Shown: positions 50,365 to 63,344 of the stretch, one piece after another
Layout of the letters: every line of letters begins with the position of its first letter
Numbering within the stretch: position 1 is the stretch's first letter
NCBI RefSeq assembly: GCF_036321535.1
Contig: NC_087456.1
Coordinates: forward strand, 36,580,001-36,644,000
Direction of reading: 5' to 3'
Length of the DNA: 64,000 nucleotides
Origin: Camelus dromedarius
Taxonomy: Eukaryota
Made by a program: the position numbers and the translations under genes
Notes under the pieces: model-generated
What the model was told of the DNA's origin: nothing
The model's database searches: none
What the model saw: the letters and a program-made list of their open reading frames with translations, nothing else

Positions 50365-50493
50365 GGGGGAGGGCGTAGTGCAGTGCCAGAGTGCATGCCT
50401 AGCAGGCGCAGGGTCCCGAGTTCAATCCCCAGCACTCCCACCAAGTAAGTAGGTAAATAAATAAACCTAATTACCGGCCCCCCCCACACACAA
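50365..50493 (+). mobile_element. Vic-1-like SINE
   Basis: ggggagggcgtagtgcagtg...gagttcaatccccagc...aataaacctaattacc. Confidence 0.87.
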
Positions 50494-50529
50494 AGTTGTT
50501 GTGAAACCACACATACACACACAAAAACT

Positions 50530-52620
50530 TCTCTGTGAAGCTTTTGATTTCTCCAGCAGATCTGAGCGAGAGCCTTGCTGGGGACTGTTCTTGGTTGTAA
50601 GTTCCCCCCCTCATCACTTTAAATGTCGTGCCACTCCCTTCTGGCCTGCAGAGTTTCTGCTGAAAAATCAGCTGATAACCTTATGGGAGTTCCTTTATAT
50701 GTTATTTGTTGTTTTTCCCCTGTTGCTTTTAATATTTTGTCCTTATCCTTAATTTTTGTCAGTTTGATGACTATGTGCCTCGGTGTGTTCCTCTCTGGGT
50801 TGATCCTGTGTGGTACTCTCTGTGCTTCCTGGACTTGGGTGACTGTTTCCTTTCCCAAGATGGGGACGTTTTCAGTGATTATCTCTCCAAAATTTTTCTC
50901 AGGTCCTTTCTCTCTCTCTCCTCTTTCTGGGACCCCTATAATGCGAATCTTAGTGTTCTTCGTGTTGTCCTAGAATTCTCTTAAATTATCCTCATTTCTT
51001 TTCATTCTTTTTTCTGTTCAACAGTAGTGATTTCTACTAATCTGTCTTCTAGCTCACTGATCCGGTCTTCTGCCTCATTTAGTCTATTCTTGGTTCCTTC
51101 TAGTGTGTTATTCATTTCAGTGATTTTATTCTTCAACTCTTTTGGTATTCTTTGTATTTTCCAGCTCTTTGCTAAAAACTTTGCTCTGTGCATCTGTTCT
51201 CCTCTTGAGTTCTCTGAACATCTTGGCCATCATTATTTTAAACTCTTTCTCAGATAAACGGCCTATCTCCTCATCACTTAGTTCTTCGTGTGGGATTTTA
51301 CCTTGTGCCTTGGCCTGGGAGATAATCCTTTGCTGCCTCATATCGTCTTTTTTTTTTTTTTTTTTTAAGGTAAGTTAGTTACGTTTCTTGACCTTGGAGA
51401 GGTGGCCCTCTGGGGAGACGTCCTATGTGTCCCAGCAGTACACTCCTCTCTTGTCACCCAAGGGTCAGGGTCCAGCCGGTCCCAGGGCAGAGTCTGGCCT
51501 GTTTTTGTGGATTCCTTTCACAGGCTTTGCGATGTTGTTTTCTTATTTCTGGTATCTGCCCCTGGTGGATGAGGCTGGACTAGACGCTTATGCAGGGTTC
51601 CTGGCAGGAGGAGCCAGTGCCTGCCCACTGCTGGGTGAAGCTTGGTCCTGGACCTCTGGTGGGTAGGGTCCTGTCTAGAGGCCTTTGTGGCTCAGGAGGT
51701 CTGCTGATGGGTGAAGCTGTGCTCCCACCCTCTATGTTGTTTGGCCTGAGGCTTCCCTACAGGCTGTTGGGTAGTGCTAGGTCTTGGTGCTAATGAGCAA
51801 ACCAAGATGTCAGCCTCCAGGAAAGCTCATGTAGATGAACACTCCCGGAATGTCTGCCACCAACTTTTATGTCCCCTGGGTGAGCCGCAGCCGTCCCTTA
51901 TGTCCCCTAGAGATCCTCCAAAACCAGCAGGCAGGCCTGGACCATATTCCTATGAAATCACTGCCTCTGCCCTTGGATGTGGTCCACATGAGCTTCTCTG
52001 TAAACTCTGTAAGAGTAAAGTCTCTGTTTCCCACAGTCCCGTGGGGCTCCTGGAGCTAAGCCCCACTGGCCTTCAAAACCAGATGTCCTGGGGTCTCCTC
52101 CCAGAGCCAGAACCCTGGGCTGGGGAGCCTGATGTGGGGCTCAGAACTCTCACTCCTGTGGGAGGGCCTCTGCGGCTTAATTATTCAGCTTGTGGGTCTC
52201 CCACCTGGGGTGTACGGGGCCCGATTATATCGGGAGCACATCTCTCCGACCTCCTGCCATGGCTCCCTCTGCTTCCAGTTGCAGATTTTTCTCGGCAGGC
52301 CCGGGGCAGGCTCCGGGCAGGCCCGGGGCAGGTTCCAGGCAGGCTCCAGGCAGGCCCCGGGCAGGTTCTAGGCAGGCTCCAGGCAGGCCCGGGACAGGTT
52401 CCAGGCAGGCTCCAGGCAGGCCCGGGACAGGTTCCAGGCAGGCTCCAGGCAGGCTCCAGGCAGGCCCGGGGCAGGTTCCAGGCAGGCTCCAGGCAGGCCC
52501 TGGGCAGGCCTGGGGAAGGTTCTGGGCTTTCTCACTGACGGCTGTCCAGCAGTCGGCTGTGGCTCTGTTGTGTCCGTGGGAGGAGGTGAGCTCGTGGCCC
52601 TACTACTCACCCATCTTGAC
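50530..52620 (-). mobile_element. L1 5' portion (5'UTR and frameshifted ORF1), 3'-truncated
   Basis: ORF1p fragments MGKETVTQVQEAQRVPHRINP...RLSADFSAETLQARREW (50619-50858) and coiled-coil pieces (51002-51341) in different frames. Confidence 0.88.
52294..52524. repeat. Minisatellite, 21 x 11 bp (GGCAGG + CCCGG/TTCCA/CTCCA), with a 33-bp higher-order unit
   Basis: Units parsed by hand. Confidence 0.92.
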
Positions 52621-53094
52621 CGGAAATCTCAGCAGCCCATGTTAAACAGGAACTAAATTTATGTTTACCCAGCTGAAAGGAAAACTGAGAAAGAAAAGAT
52701 TATTTCATGCTTCTTTTAAAAGGAGCACTGACCACGTCTCCCCTTTTTATCATTTGTTTTCTTCCTAACACTCATTGATTCAACAATAACCCAGGTGCCA
52801 GCGTGCGTGCAGCACAGTGTGTGTCAAACACAACAAGCACCATCTGAGTCGGACGCCTGGTTGTGCAGGTTTCTCGTTCTGACAGTAGCTACAAGGGATA
52901 TATACTGAAAAAAAAAAGAATTTTTCCAGAGAGAATAATTTTTAATTTTATTTAGTAATTCACTTTCTGACGCTGTTCGCTGTTTTTAATTTCTGAAAAT
53001 TAAACAGGAAAATAAATACAACATTTCCGTATAAGTTGACAGTCTATTAAAATTTTTAAATCATGTTAATTTTTTGCTTCCTGTACATGTCTCA

Positions 53095-53100
53095 TTTATT
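53095..53100 (-). terminator. DDX59: Candidate DDX59 polyadenylation signal AATAAA (a second one at 52947-52952)
   Basis: tttatt on the plus strand about 76 nt past the stop codon. Confidence 0.6.
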
Positions 53101-53175
53101 GAAACCAAACGGCAATACTGCACAGACATTTCACTGACAAGACACAATAAAAACTATTCAAAGTGGGACAACAAA

Positions 53176-53439
53176 TCATCTTTGAGAATTACTCTTATCA
53201 TGTTTTCTAATAATGTCCATGAGATTAGCTCCTGTGACCAGATCACTCTGAGTTCGTCTGTCTCTCTGCTGTTCCTTCCTCTTCTGCTCGTGAAGGTAAG
53301 GCGAATTCAGCAGCTGTGGGGGGAGCAGGGAGCCCGTGGGCCCCACGCGCTTCGCAACGTCCCAGAAGAGCCTTTTCGAGCTGTTGTTGATGAAAGTAAT
53401 GGCTGTTCCGTTCTGACCTAATCTCCCCACTCTTCCAAT
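53176..53439 (-). CDS. DDX59: DDX59 exon 8, terminal coding exon ([11 protein letters not shown]...[12 protein letters not shown])
   Basis: tcatttcag|; TGA at 53176-53178; completes motif VI HQIGRVGR. Confidence 0.96.
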   Translation of the reverse strand: MGRVGRLGQNGTAITFINNSSKRLFWDVAKRVGPTGSLLPPQLLNSPYLHEQKRKEQQRDRRTQSDLVTGANLMDIIRKHDKSNSQR

Positions 53440-53711
53440 CTGAAATGAAATGCAAAGGACATTTTCAAAACGACCAAGATTACAAAATCTTAACGTCTCT
53501 CAAAAGAAAATGAAGATGGGTATGTAAAGAGGCTTCGCTAAGATTAACATTCCCTCAGGAGCACTTTCTGTGCTGTGCATCTCAGCATGTCTGTGCGACC
53601 AACGTTGTGGGCGGCCGCGGGGATTCGTTTAGGGAGACAGCCCAAAAAGCACATAAGAAAATGACCACATACAACAGAAGTGAGTATTGTTTGTGAAGCT
53701 TGCGTTTCAGT

Positions 53712-53713
<2 letters not shown>

Positions 53714-53749
<36 letters not shown>
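53714..53749. repeat. (TG)18 microsatellite
   Basis: Direct reading. Confidence 0.97.
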
Positions 53750-53751
<2 letters not shown>

Positions 53752-54019
53752 TGTAGGGGGGTAATGACGCAAAGGTGCTTCTTAGTCTACACTCGGATTA
53801 TTTAAATAAATAGTAAATAGATGGCTCCTGCCAATATACAGAACATCTTTAACGTTGTAAAAGAAGAAACCGCTAACAAAGTGGAGGGCGGCCTGCAGGG
53901 AGCCATACTGGGCAGAAGCAAGAGAGGAAATGCTGTTTTTCCGTATCAGCTTTTACTGCCACCTGATTTATTTAGCCATGTTACTGAGTTGTTCCAATAA
54001 AACTAAAAATAAATATAAA

Positions 54020-54870
54020 AAACAGCTGCAGCACACAGACTGGGAGAAAAGATTTGCAAATCATGTATCTGACAAGGGTCACCTAGAATCCATAAAGACC
54101 TTTCACAACTCAAAACGACAACCCAGTTTAAAAACGGGTAAAGGATTTAAGCAGACATTTCTCCAAAGACACACAAACGGCCCACGAGCACTTGAGATGA
54201 GGCCCCACGTCACTGCTCACCGGGGAAACGCAGACCAGAAGCACCCCATAACCCCCAGCTCAGCCAGACTGAGAACGACGGATAACGTAACTGCTGAAGA
54301 GGACGTGGAGAAGCCAGAACCTCACAGTCTGCAGGTGGGGATGTAAAACGAGAAGCCAAATCTGAAAACAGTCTGGTGGTTCCTCAAAATGTTCAACATG
54401 GAGCCACTGTGTGAGCTGGCAACTCCACTCCTAGGCGTCTGCCGACAGCAGTGAAAACACGTGTCCACGTGAAGGCCTGTCCCTGAATGTTCACAGCAGC
54501 ATGACTGTAGCAGCCGAAGACTGGGGACAACCTAGACGTCCAGGAACGAGGGAATGGACACACAAACACAGTATGGCCTCACAACGGGCTGTTACTCGGC
54601 AATAAAATGCTGCAGCAGGGGTGAGCCTGGCAAACGGTACGCTCAGTGGAAGCAGATCGTCACCAAAGAGCACACACTGTGCGGCCGCATTCCCTTGAAA
54701 GCCCAGCAGAGAGAACTCCAGGGACAGAAAGTGGGGCAGTGGCTGCCTAAGGCTGAGGGCGTGTGTGTGCGACGGGAAACGGCCTGGGGTTTCTTCCTGG
54801 GGAGACGAAAATTTTATAAAACTGACTGAATGGTTGTACCACCCTACAAATACACTAAAAACCAGTCAAC
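54020..54870 (+). mobile_element. Old L1 3' fragment in DDX59 intron 7
   Basis: cacagactgggagaaaagatttgcaaatcatgtatctgacaagg...aacagtctggtggttcctcaaaatg. Confidence 0.8.
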
Positions 54871-56567
54871 TGCACACTTTAAACCGGTGAACTGTAAGCA
54901 CGTGCACGGTACCTGTGGAGACATAACTGACGCTCGACATTTCATACTGAGATACAAAGCTGCGGAAAAACCACCGCGGTAGTCTCCAAATTCGGAAAGA
55001 CTTCTCAGCTAGTGTCAACAATATAAAATCATGTCCCCAGCAGCGTGCCAGCCCTAAAATCAAAGAGCAGACTCGTGGGAACACGTACTATAATTTTAGA
55101 TACCCATGCCATCTGGCCCAGCGGCTTCCCCACCAGGAACCTCCCACAGACACGCCTGCAGGAGAGGCGCCGGGGCCGCGTGCGTGCGTGTCACCGCAGC
55201 GCTGTGCGGTAGCAATACGGCGGGAACATGACTGTCTGGCAGTAAAGGATTTGTTACATAAATCAAGCGCATCCACACAACACACAGCATGGAGCCACCG
55301 TAACAGAACAAGCCGGATCCAACAATGAAGACACAAGAGCTCAGAACCAGCCTGGCCCAGACTCAACTCATGTTAGCACTGATTAAGTGGTACCTGGTGT
55401 GTGCGCTGAGGAGGAAAGACGTCTCAGAGACACAGGCCCAGAACTGTGGGTGTAACGTGGTCCCATTTACGTGGGAAGTGCGACAGGGTGTGCACGTCAC
55501 CTGGGTGTCTGTGCACACACACGTGCACTTATGGCTCCTGCTGTTACCTGTGGGGGCCACTCGCAGGCAGGAGGGCTGTCATGCAAAGACTGACTCCGTT
55601 TTGTGTCTTTTGTTATTGGCATGACTTGTCACTATGTGTGTGTACTTCAATTATTAAAACAAAAAACACCCAAAGACAGAACTAGAAGAGCAGAAGGCCG
55701 GGGCCACTCTGAGCAGAGGCAAGAAGCCCTACACGTGCCGACACCCCCCAGGCCACTGTGCGTCACAGCACGGGCCTGTGGGTCACCGCCCAGCCCAGGG
55801 CCGACCCTGTGACAGCAAGAAACGGCCAAGTGACTATAACCAGGACGCTCAAAGGTGTAAAGATGCTTCTTAAGTATTTTAGAAAGACTTCCATCCAGAA
55901 TTATTACATTGAAGGTTCGCAAGAAAATCAGCTTCGGTTACTGGAACAATCAAGTCCTGTGGAATACTCAAATCTCCGACGCACAGGTAAGTGAGAAGAA
56001 GAAAAGAGAGAGGGCCGCCTGCTAGAGTAAGTCTCAGTAAAACAAAGCCACAGTGCAGCCAGGTGCCAGCAGCATTTCAGGGGTGATCCCAGGAGACGGG
56101 ACACCCAGAGTGGCTGTAAGGACCTCAGAGGAGGCTTCACTTCAAGCGTCCGTAAGCGGTGCCGGAGGAGGAGCCGGGCGGCCGGCGGTCAGTGAGATGA
56201 CGCGGCTCAAGGGCGGGCTCTGTCCTGCCAGGAAGCGGAGCCACTGTGATCTCCGGCAGCACGGGAAGCGGACAGAACTTTACAAGGTAAAATACGGGGC
56301 ACGAGTCGACTCCTAAGACACAGCTACTTCAACCGAGCGGTTTTCCTTTGGCCAGAGGCCGCGGCTTAGAAGTCTTTTTAACAAAGCCCTCTTCTTTTGA
56401 CTACAAAAGCCATTTGATACGCTCATTAAGGAAAACAGAAAATATAAAGAAAATAAAACTAAGCCAAAAACGAACTACTTACATTTTTAAAAACATTTTA
56501 GGCTATTATTTCCAACTAATTTGTAATGCAGTCCGGGCATCCATACAGTTTTGAAAAATGTAATTTA

Positions 56568-56864
<297 letters not shown>

Positions 56865-57355
56865 TCATTACTCAGGATTTCTCTTACACAGTTTTACGTA
56901 ACTAGATTATCCTTTCCTTCCCCACACCTTCCTCAGTCCTGCTGTTGCACCTTCTCTGCAGGAAGTGGAGGTCTCAGTACACCTGAGAAACGCATGGCAC
57001 TTAAATTCCTTCTGACTTCACCCCCTCGCCCCCGCCAAGAATGTTTGCTATTAATTTATTAACCTTTTCCAAAGGTGAGCTACTGCTCTGCCCCAGCCCA
57101 GAGTGACCTAATTCCAGAAACGACGGCTTGGGAATCACTCATCAATGTAGTGGATGACCCCTAGGAGCACCGTTCTTGCCCCCAAAACACAGCAGCCTGA
57201 GCAGGAGGAGCGAGAGACCGCAGTCACTGCTCTCCTGGCGTCCTCGTGGCCACTGAGAAGGGTCTGCCTTAAAACAGCTGGTAACACAGTGATTCCTGAA
57301 AACGAGGCAAAACAGGTTCACAGCAAAGAGAAGCGAGCAGAATGCCGCGTCAGAC

Positions 57356-57508
57356 CTTCAGCACGTGTCTCCTTTCTGTCTGTGACTTCTCCGAGTGCAC
57401 AGACGTGCTTCTTAGGCCTGTGATTTTCTCAACTGCCTCGCTCAGCAGATCTGCTCCCAGCTTGCAGTCCACAAACACCAGCACTGGAGGCTTGAAGAGC
57501 TTCTTATC
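57356..57508 (-). CDS. DDX59: DDX59 exon 6 ([22 protein letters not shown]...ERRHVLK; motif IV)
   Basis: atttttcag| ... AAG|GTCTGA; 153 nt. Confidence 0.95.
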
Positions 57509-58567
57509 CTGAAAAATTAAAAACATGTATTTGAAACAATTCACACAATGTGATTTATAATGGGATGTTTTTCTGGAAGCATTGGTATAAGCCACTTACC
57601 AAGAGGTTTATCAATAGTGTTAAGAAGGGAAAAAGGCAGCTTCTGTTAAAATGCGCACACAGTGTGGAGGTGCCAAGAAGGCGGAGGACAGTCTCACAGC
57701 TCCCCTCCTCCCACAAACACACCGAGAATTACACCCACAAACCCACGGGCCCGCACGAAGCCCACTGAGCGCTGGCAGACGGTCTCTCACTTCGAAATAC
57801 AGGAGGATTCTCGCAAAATCCAATGAACAACAAGTTTATACAGCACAGCACAGGGAACTACATCCAGTATCTCATAGTAACTTATGGTGAAAAAGAAAAT
57901 GAAAACAAATACATGTATGTTGTGAATGACTGAAGCACTGTGTGTACACCAGAAACCGACACATTGTAAACTTCAATAAAAATACACACCAAGAAAAAAA
58001 ATATGCACAGAGAGAAGCCAAACGCTGGACAGCCCCCCATGTTTCTCCACCACGTCATTAATCTTGCAAAAACAATTCTAAAACTTCAAGTGCAATTTAT
58101 AATTTCTAATACTGTTCAAAAGTCAATACAAACTATATTTAACTTAATACTGTATTTTTAAGTAACTTTGCATGTACATACTATTGACTTGAAAATTTTC
58201 TGCTTAAGCCAATTGGTGTTAAAAAAACCCTATTTCTCAAGGACAGAAGGCACAGCCAGCAAGGAATTTGTCTTTACCTTATCCATAAAGCTACTAAAAA
58301 CTTCTGAAACAAAAAAATTCTTCAGCAATAATCTTAATATTTAAATGCCTTTCTATAATTAGGAAAAGGAAAACAACCCTGCGTCTACACCGCGTTTTCA
58401 CAAATAAGAATTTGTTTGGACCCTAGAGAATTCTGAAGTAAGGAAAGCAGTTTGCTATCAAATACCGACACCAGCTCCCCCGAAGCTGCAGCTAACAGAC
58501 ACTCTCTCAAGCACGAGGGACCTGCAAACCTGATCGACAGAGCAGGGCTGGCCACGCCACCACTCAC

Positions 58568-58819
58568 GTTTAAGATTTCGAATAGTTTCTTCTTTTTGGC
58601 GGGGTCTTCCACCCACAGAACAATCTGGCGCACGCTGGCGCAGGGCAGGTTCTTCTCCCCAGCGACAATTCTCACGGGGTCATGCAGAAGCTGGCCGGCC
58701 AGCTGCTCGATGCTGGCGGGAATCGTAGCCGACACCAGGACGGTCTGACAGTCATGAGGAACATTTTCCAAGATGTCAAACACTTGCTGCTGGAAGCCCA
58801 TCTTTAACATAGTATCGGC
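58568..58819 (-). CDS. DDX59: DDX59 exon 5 (ADTMLKMGF...SAT...KKLFEILN)
   Basis: ttatttcag| ... AAC|GTGAGT; 252 nt. Confidence 0.96.
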
Positions 58820-58918
58820 CTGAAATAAAACCATTTTCAAGTTAGTCCCACTAGTCGTGAAGACCCAGAGCCACCCAAGAAAAGGCTGATACAGTTAAGA
58901 ACATAAAATAATCAGGCG

Positions 58919-59050
58919 ACGGGAGGGCACAGCTCAGTGGTGGAGCGCTTGCTTAGCACACACCAGGTCCTGGGTTCAGGCCCCAGCACCTCTGTTACAA
59001 AATACTAAATAAATTAACCTGATTACCTCACCCCAACAATAACAAAAAAA
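58919..59050 (+). mobile_element. Vic-1-like SINE in DDX59 intron 4
   Basis: gggagggcacagctcagtggtggagc...ctgggttcaggcccc...aacctgattacctc. Confidence 0.85.
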
Positions 59051-60207
59051 CCCGTAAAAAATCAAAAACCCTTTACACAGAAAAACATACCACAACATCA
59101 AAAGACAAAAGATTAACTGGTAAAATATGTATCTCTACAAATTAACACATGAAAATACTGCAAAGAGAGGCGTGTGTGAGCCGAGTCTGTCCAAGGGCCA
59201 TCCACAGGCTCCTGAGAAGGGAGACCTCGAGGACACGGGCTTGTCGACAAAGGGAAGCCCCGTCACATGGTCAGGGGTGCAGTGATGATAACCTGGGGTG
59301 AGCGGGTCCACTGACGGCCAGGCCAGGAAAACACAGACTTAGCAGCACTATTTAAAGGACTGAGTAATATTATTCTACATTTATATGGGACTTTGCAGTC
59401 TGAGACGTCTTCACAGTCATGACTTCATCCTTGCCACGAAATGACCGGCCCAAGGTCTCACAGCAGGTGAGGTAGAGGCTCAAAGCCCCCTCTTGGGGGT
59501 CTTCCTCCGCACCCTCTGGCGTCCCGCTGCGACTTACTGGGGTCATGGAAGGAGGCCTGGCTGCCATCAGCGGTCAGCACCGGGCGCCCAGGTTCCTGGG
59601 TGCTGGGTAACGCCAGGCGTCTGCCACACCACTGCCAGCAGGTCGCGTGTACAGGCAGGACGGCCGACACGTGGCTGTGTGTCCTCATGCTCGTCCACGG
59701 GGTGGAGTGTCATCAGATAATAACACATGCACTTCCTATCAAGCATGCCCAAAGTATAAAAATGCCTGCTTGCTCTATGTGACACAGAAAAGTCACAACC
59801 ACAGACACCGGTGTCCATACAGAAAAACAAGTCGTTAGGCTACACATCGTTAACTACTCCCCAAATTCCTGCTCACAGCCATCTGCCACCGATGCTTTTT
59901 TTTTTGCAGACAAATGACAGGCAGCTTGTTTGAAAAACTTATCACTGAGAATACAGTACACCTGCTGAATTTACGTTTTCCATCAATTAGTAAAAGACAG
60001 CCCCGCTGTAAGTTAAGTGCACTGTACCTGGGTTCTGCTGTGCTGTTACACTGGAACCAGCTTAAGAACCACCACTGCCAATTAAAAAAAAATCCCTACA
60101 TTGTTTTCCTTTTGGGGAGAAAATGCCTGAATACACAATGCAATTATATAACTATGAACGCTTTTCCTAAATTACATAAAATTACGTTTTTAAACACCAC
60201 TACTTAC

Positions 60208-60297
60208 TTCATCTACCACGACGATCTTCACACTGCCAAGTTCCACAGAGCTCTGCTTTATTATATCCAGAAGTCGCCCGGGAGTTGCTATGATAAC
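60208..60297 (-). CDS. DDX59: DDX59 exon 4 ([30 protein letters not shown]; motif Ib and first half of DEAD)
   Basis: Translated by hand; ttttattcag| ... GAA|GTAAGT; 90 nt. Confidence 0.95.
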
Positions 60298-60344
60298 CTG
60301 AATAAAAGAGAAAAAGCAAATTAGAAAATTAGATAGTGTTCATT

Positions 60345-60470
60345 CCTTCATTCACTTCTTCATTCTGTGCTTACTGAGAGGCTGCTATTTGCCAGACACC
60401 GTGTTAAGTACTTGGACTCAGTGATGAGTAAGTCAGGCTTTGTCTCTGCTCTCATGAAAGTCATGACACA
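60345..60470 (-). mobile_element. L2 3' end
   Basis: cattccttcattcac...gcttactgagaggctgctatttgccagacaccgtgttaag. Confidence 0.6.
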
Positions 60471-62910
60471 AGGAAGAAGCACAACAATGCGAGCCCAGGG
60501 ACCAGGACGGGGGGTCTGCCCAGTCCTGCCAAGACATAAGCTAACACCCAAAGGAGCAGTGGGAGCGAGCAAGACTGGGGTCCCGGGAGGGGAGGGCACC
60601 CGGGAAAGGTGAGGAGGGGCGGTGAGGCTGGGAGGCCGGGAGGCTGACGTGGGGGGCGGGGCGCAGGGAGTAAGGCAGGCTGAGGCCTGGGGACGAGGCT
60701 GGGGCCAGACCAGGAGGGCCTTCTGAGCATGCTGACCACTATCTGGCTCCGTGAACAAGTGCAAATTCCTCAGCCTCTCTCCGTCTGCTGTTTCATTTTT
60801 AAATTAAGAGCCTGGGCACAATGAATTCTAAGGCTGATTAAGGCTCTTAACAATTTTCTAATATAGTCATCGTGGTTAAAAGTAGGGGCTTTCGAGTCCA
60901 ACGAACTTCAGCAGGGATGTTGGCGCCCGCATTTAATAACAGTGTCTGTTCTGTCCTCACAAAGTGGAAGGATCGTAACAGCGATGAGGCTAAGCGAGGC
61001 CGTGCTTGGGGTGACCTGGCAGAGTTACAAACCATCTAACGCGTTCAGCTGCACCCCCTTTCCAGGCACACACCAGCGTGATGGTGAGATGGCTGCGGTG
61101 ATGACACGTCCGGGCTAGGGGTCTGTCCCCAGGACCTCAGACACCCACAAACAGTACGTCAACTTCCATGACTGAGTTGAGTTCCTCCTTCTCTTCCATT
61201 TTCCCCTCTGATGGCCTGGAAGCTATAAACTAATTTTTTCATTCTTTCAGTGCTTTCTCTTGAATTTCAACAAAAATATAACTTAATATAAAGCTAGTGG
61301 ACACTTTTCCCTTGTTCTTAACCATCGAGGGCAACGCTGTAAGGCGACCCCACCTCTCCCACACTCCCGTGCTCCTGCTGGCTGGTATCTACCGTGTTCC
61401 TGTCACATCGTTCGCTCAGGCCACCCCTGTCTGGCTGTGCCCCGTGCCCCATGCCCCATGTTGTCCTGGTGCACAGCTTCCTCCCACCCCCACCTTCCCC
61501 TTTAGAATCTTCTTTATCTGCAGAACAGCCCTGCTCTGGAAGTTCCTTTAGATGGTCCACTGGCAATAAACTCTCAGTTTTGATCATCTGAGTGGGTCTT
61601 TGTTTTGCCCTCACTCTTGAAAGACAGCTCTGCTGAGCAGGCAGACGGTTGTTACTTTTTCCCCCAGAGGGTGGGTGTCTGTGAGGCCGGGCACCCGGAG
61701 GGGATTCAAAGCAGGGCGGTGGGGGTTGGCAGGTGCGCAGGGTGGGGTCCAGGGAGGAAGGCCTCGCCGCGGGGGAGGGACAGTGGTGGCACCCAGGGGG
61801 GCTGGGCAAATAAACAGCTACGTACAGGACAATGGGCGGCAGGCTGCTCACTGCCAGGGCTAGAACAGAAAGCCGGACATGAATCTGGGGACGAATCAGA
61901 ACCGGAGGATCAGCGTGAACACGCAGACTCGGACAAACGCAGACACAGAGATACACCCGCTTAGGCGCCTGCCTCTCTTCACTGAGGCCCTGGAAGCAGT
62001 CACAGCTCAGCAGCAACGAGCCCAGGGAGACACCGGGTCTCGGTTCTGAATGCTGCTCTGGACAGACAGCACCGGCCTGGCTCTGGGAGGAAGAGCCCCG
62101 GCCTGAGGCGGGGAAAGGGCGAGGTAAACGCCGGACCTCCCTTAGCAGGGAAGTAAGAGGTGCTGGAAGGACAGGGCTAGGACAAAAGGACACAGAAACG
62201 GACCTGAAGGTACTTCCGCTGGTCAGATTACGACCCTTTAAATACAACAGGGAGCCATGTGTCTGTGCTGATGCAGACACTAGGGAGGAAGTCTGGTGAC
62301 GCTCGGTAAAGTCACAACCTGAAGTACTCCCCCCAAAATGCCTGTCCAATACAAAGGGCAAAAATAACTTTTACAGTTACTCAACAGTAAAAGGCCAAAC
62401 TGAAACGAGTGCCACGTGAAAGGATGTAGTGGAAAGAACAAAGTGGCCCCCCCTGACGTTCCCGTCAGAGATGGGAATCCGATCCGCTGAGGGATGTCCC
62501 TCAGTAAGTGGCTTATAGTCCTCAAAAGGGCAAAGACCAAGAGAAAAAAGGAAAGATCATTTGAAGACAAGAGGGACAGGGCAGCTACACTCAATAAATG
62601 GCTCTGAACTCTAGTCTGGTGCCAGGAAAGACACTGGGGGGACAATGAGCAAGACCTGAGGGGTCCAAAGCAGTGACGGTGACGCCAGCGTCGGGAACTG
62701 GACTGTGATCATGAAGGGTAACGTCCTGCTTTGTGGGAATCACACGCTGAAGTGTATCAGCCGTGGTTCTCAGACATGGCCCAGAAAAGGGGCTACGCCA
62801 ACCCGCCTCCGGGAACAGCCGGTGGGTGTTCCCGCAGCCTCTGGCGAACAGGAGGCACTCCATAAAGCGCGCTCCTTTCCTCCCAGAGGAAACAAACTTC
62901 AAGAATCTTA

Positions 62911-63068
62911 GGGTGGGGGCACGGTACAGTGCAGTGGTAGAGTGCATGCTCAGCACACACAAGGTCCTTGGTTCAATCCCCAGTACCTCCTCTAAAAATA
63001 AATAAGTAAACCTAACTACCACCCCCGACAAAAATAAAATAAATTAAATTTTAAAAAATTTTTAAAAA
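62911..63068 (+). mobile_element. Vic-1-like SINE in DDX59 intron 3 with target-site duplication aagaatct
   Basis: A and B boxes, A-rich tail; aagaatct at 62901-62908 and 63069-63076. Confidence 0.9.
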
Positions 63069-63176
63069 AAGAATCTAAAGGCTATCTAAAATCACACTCC
63101 GATTCCTCAAGGGAAAGCCTTAGCTCCTACGTTGCTCGCGACACCCTTCAGGGACATTCCGTCAAAGGGAGCCCAC

Positions 63177-63344
63177 CTGGACGCGCTGGCGCAGGCGATG
63201 GCACTGAGGCGGGGCAGGCAAGCCCCCCACGAGCAGCACGGTCCTCATGCCCGGCAGCCCGCGCATCAGCTCCTTGGCCTGGCGCTCGATCTGGATGGCG
63301 AGCTCCCTCGTGGGGGTGAGGACCAGCGCGGACGGGGCCTGGCT
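63177..63344 (-). CDS. DDX59: DDX59 exon 3 ([18 protein letters not shown]...; motifs Ia PTRELA and GG)
   Basis: tctttgcag| ... CAG|GTGGGC; 168 nt. Exons 1-2 are outside the window. Confidence 0.95.

Noticed and set aside
52294-52524. Regularly spaced repeat resembling a CRISPR array
   Set aside because: Contiguous tandem units with no unique spacers, in a mammalian genome.
51774-52645. Long ORFs with repeated GRLQAGPGQVP / QAPGRP units
   Set aside because: These are translations of the stop-free 11-bp minisatellite within an L1 UTR.
58819-60208. DEAD motif split by an intron (DE|AD)
   Set aside because: Phase-0 canonical GT-AG intron, consistent with the known gene structure.
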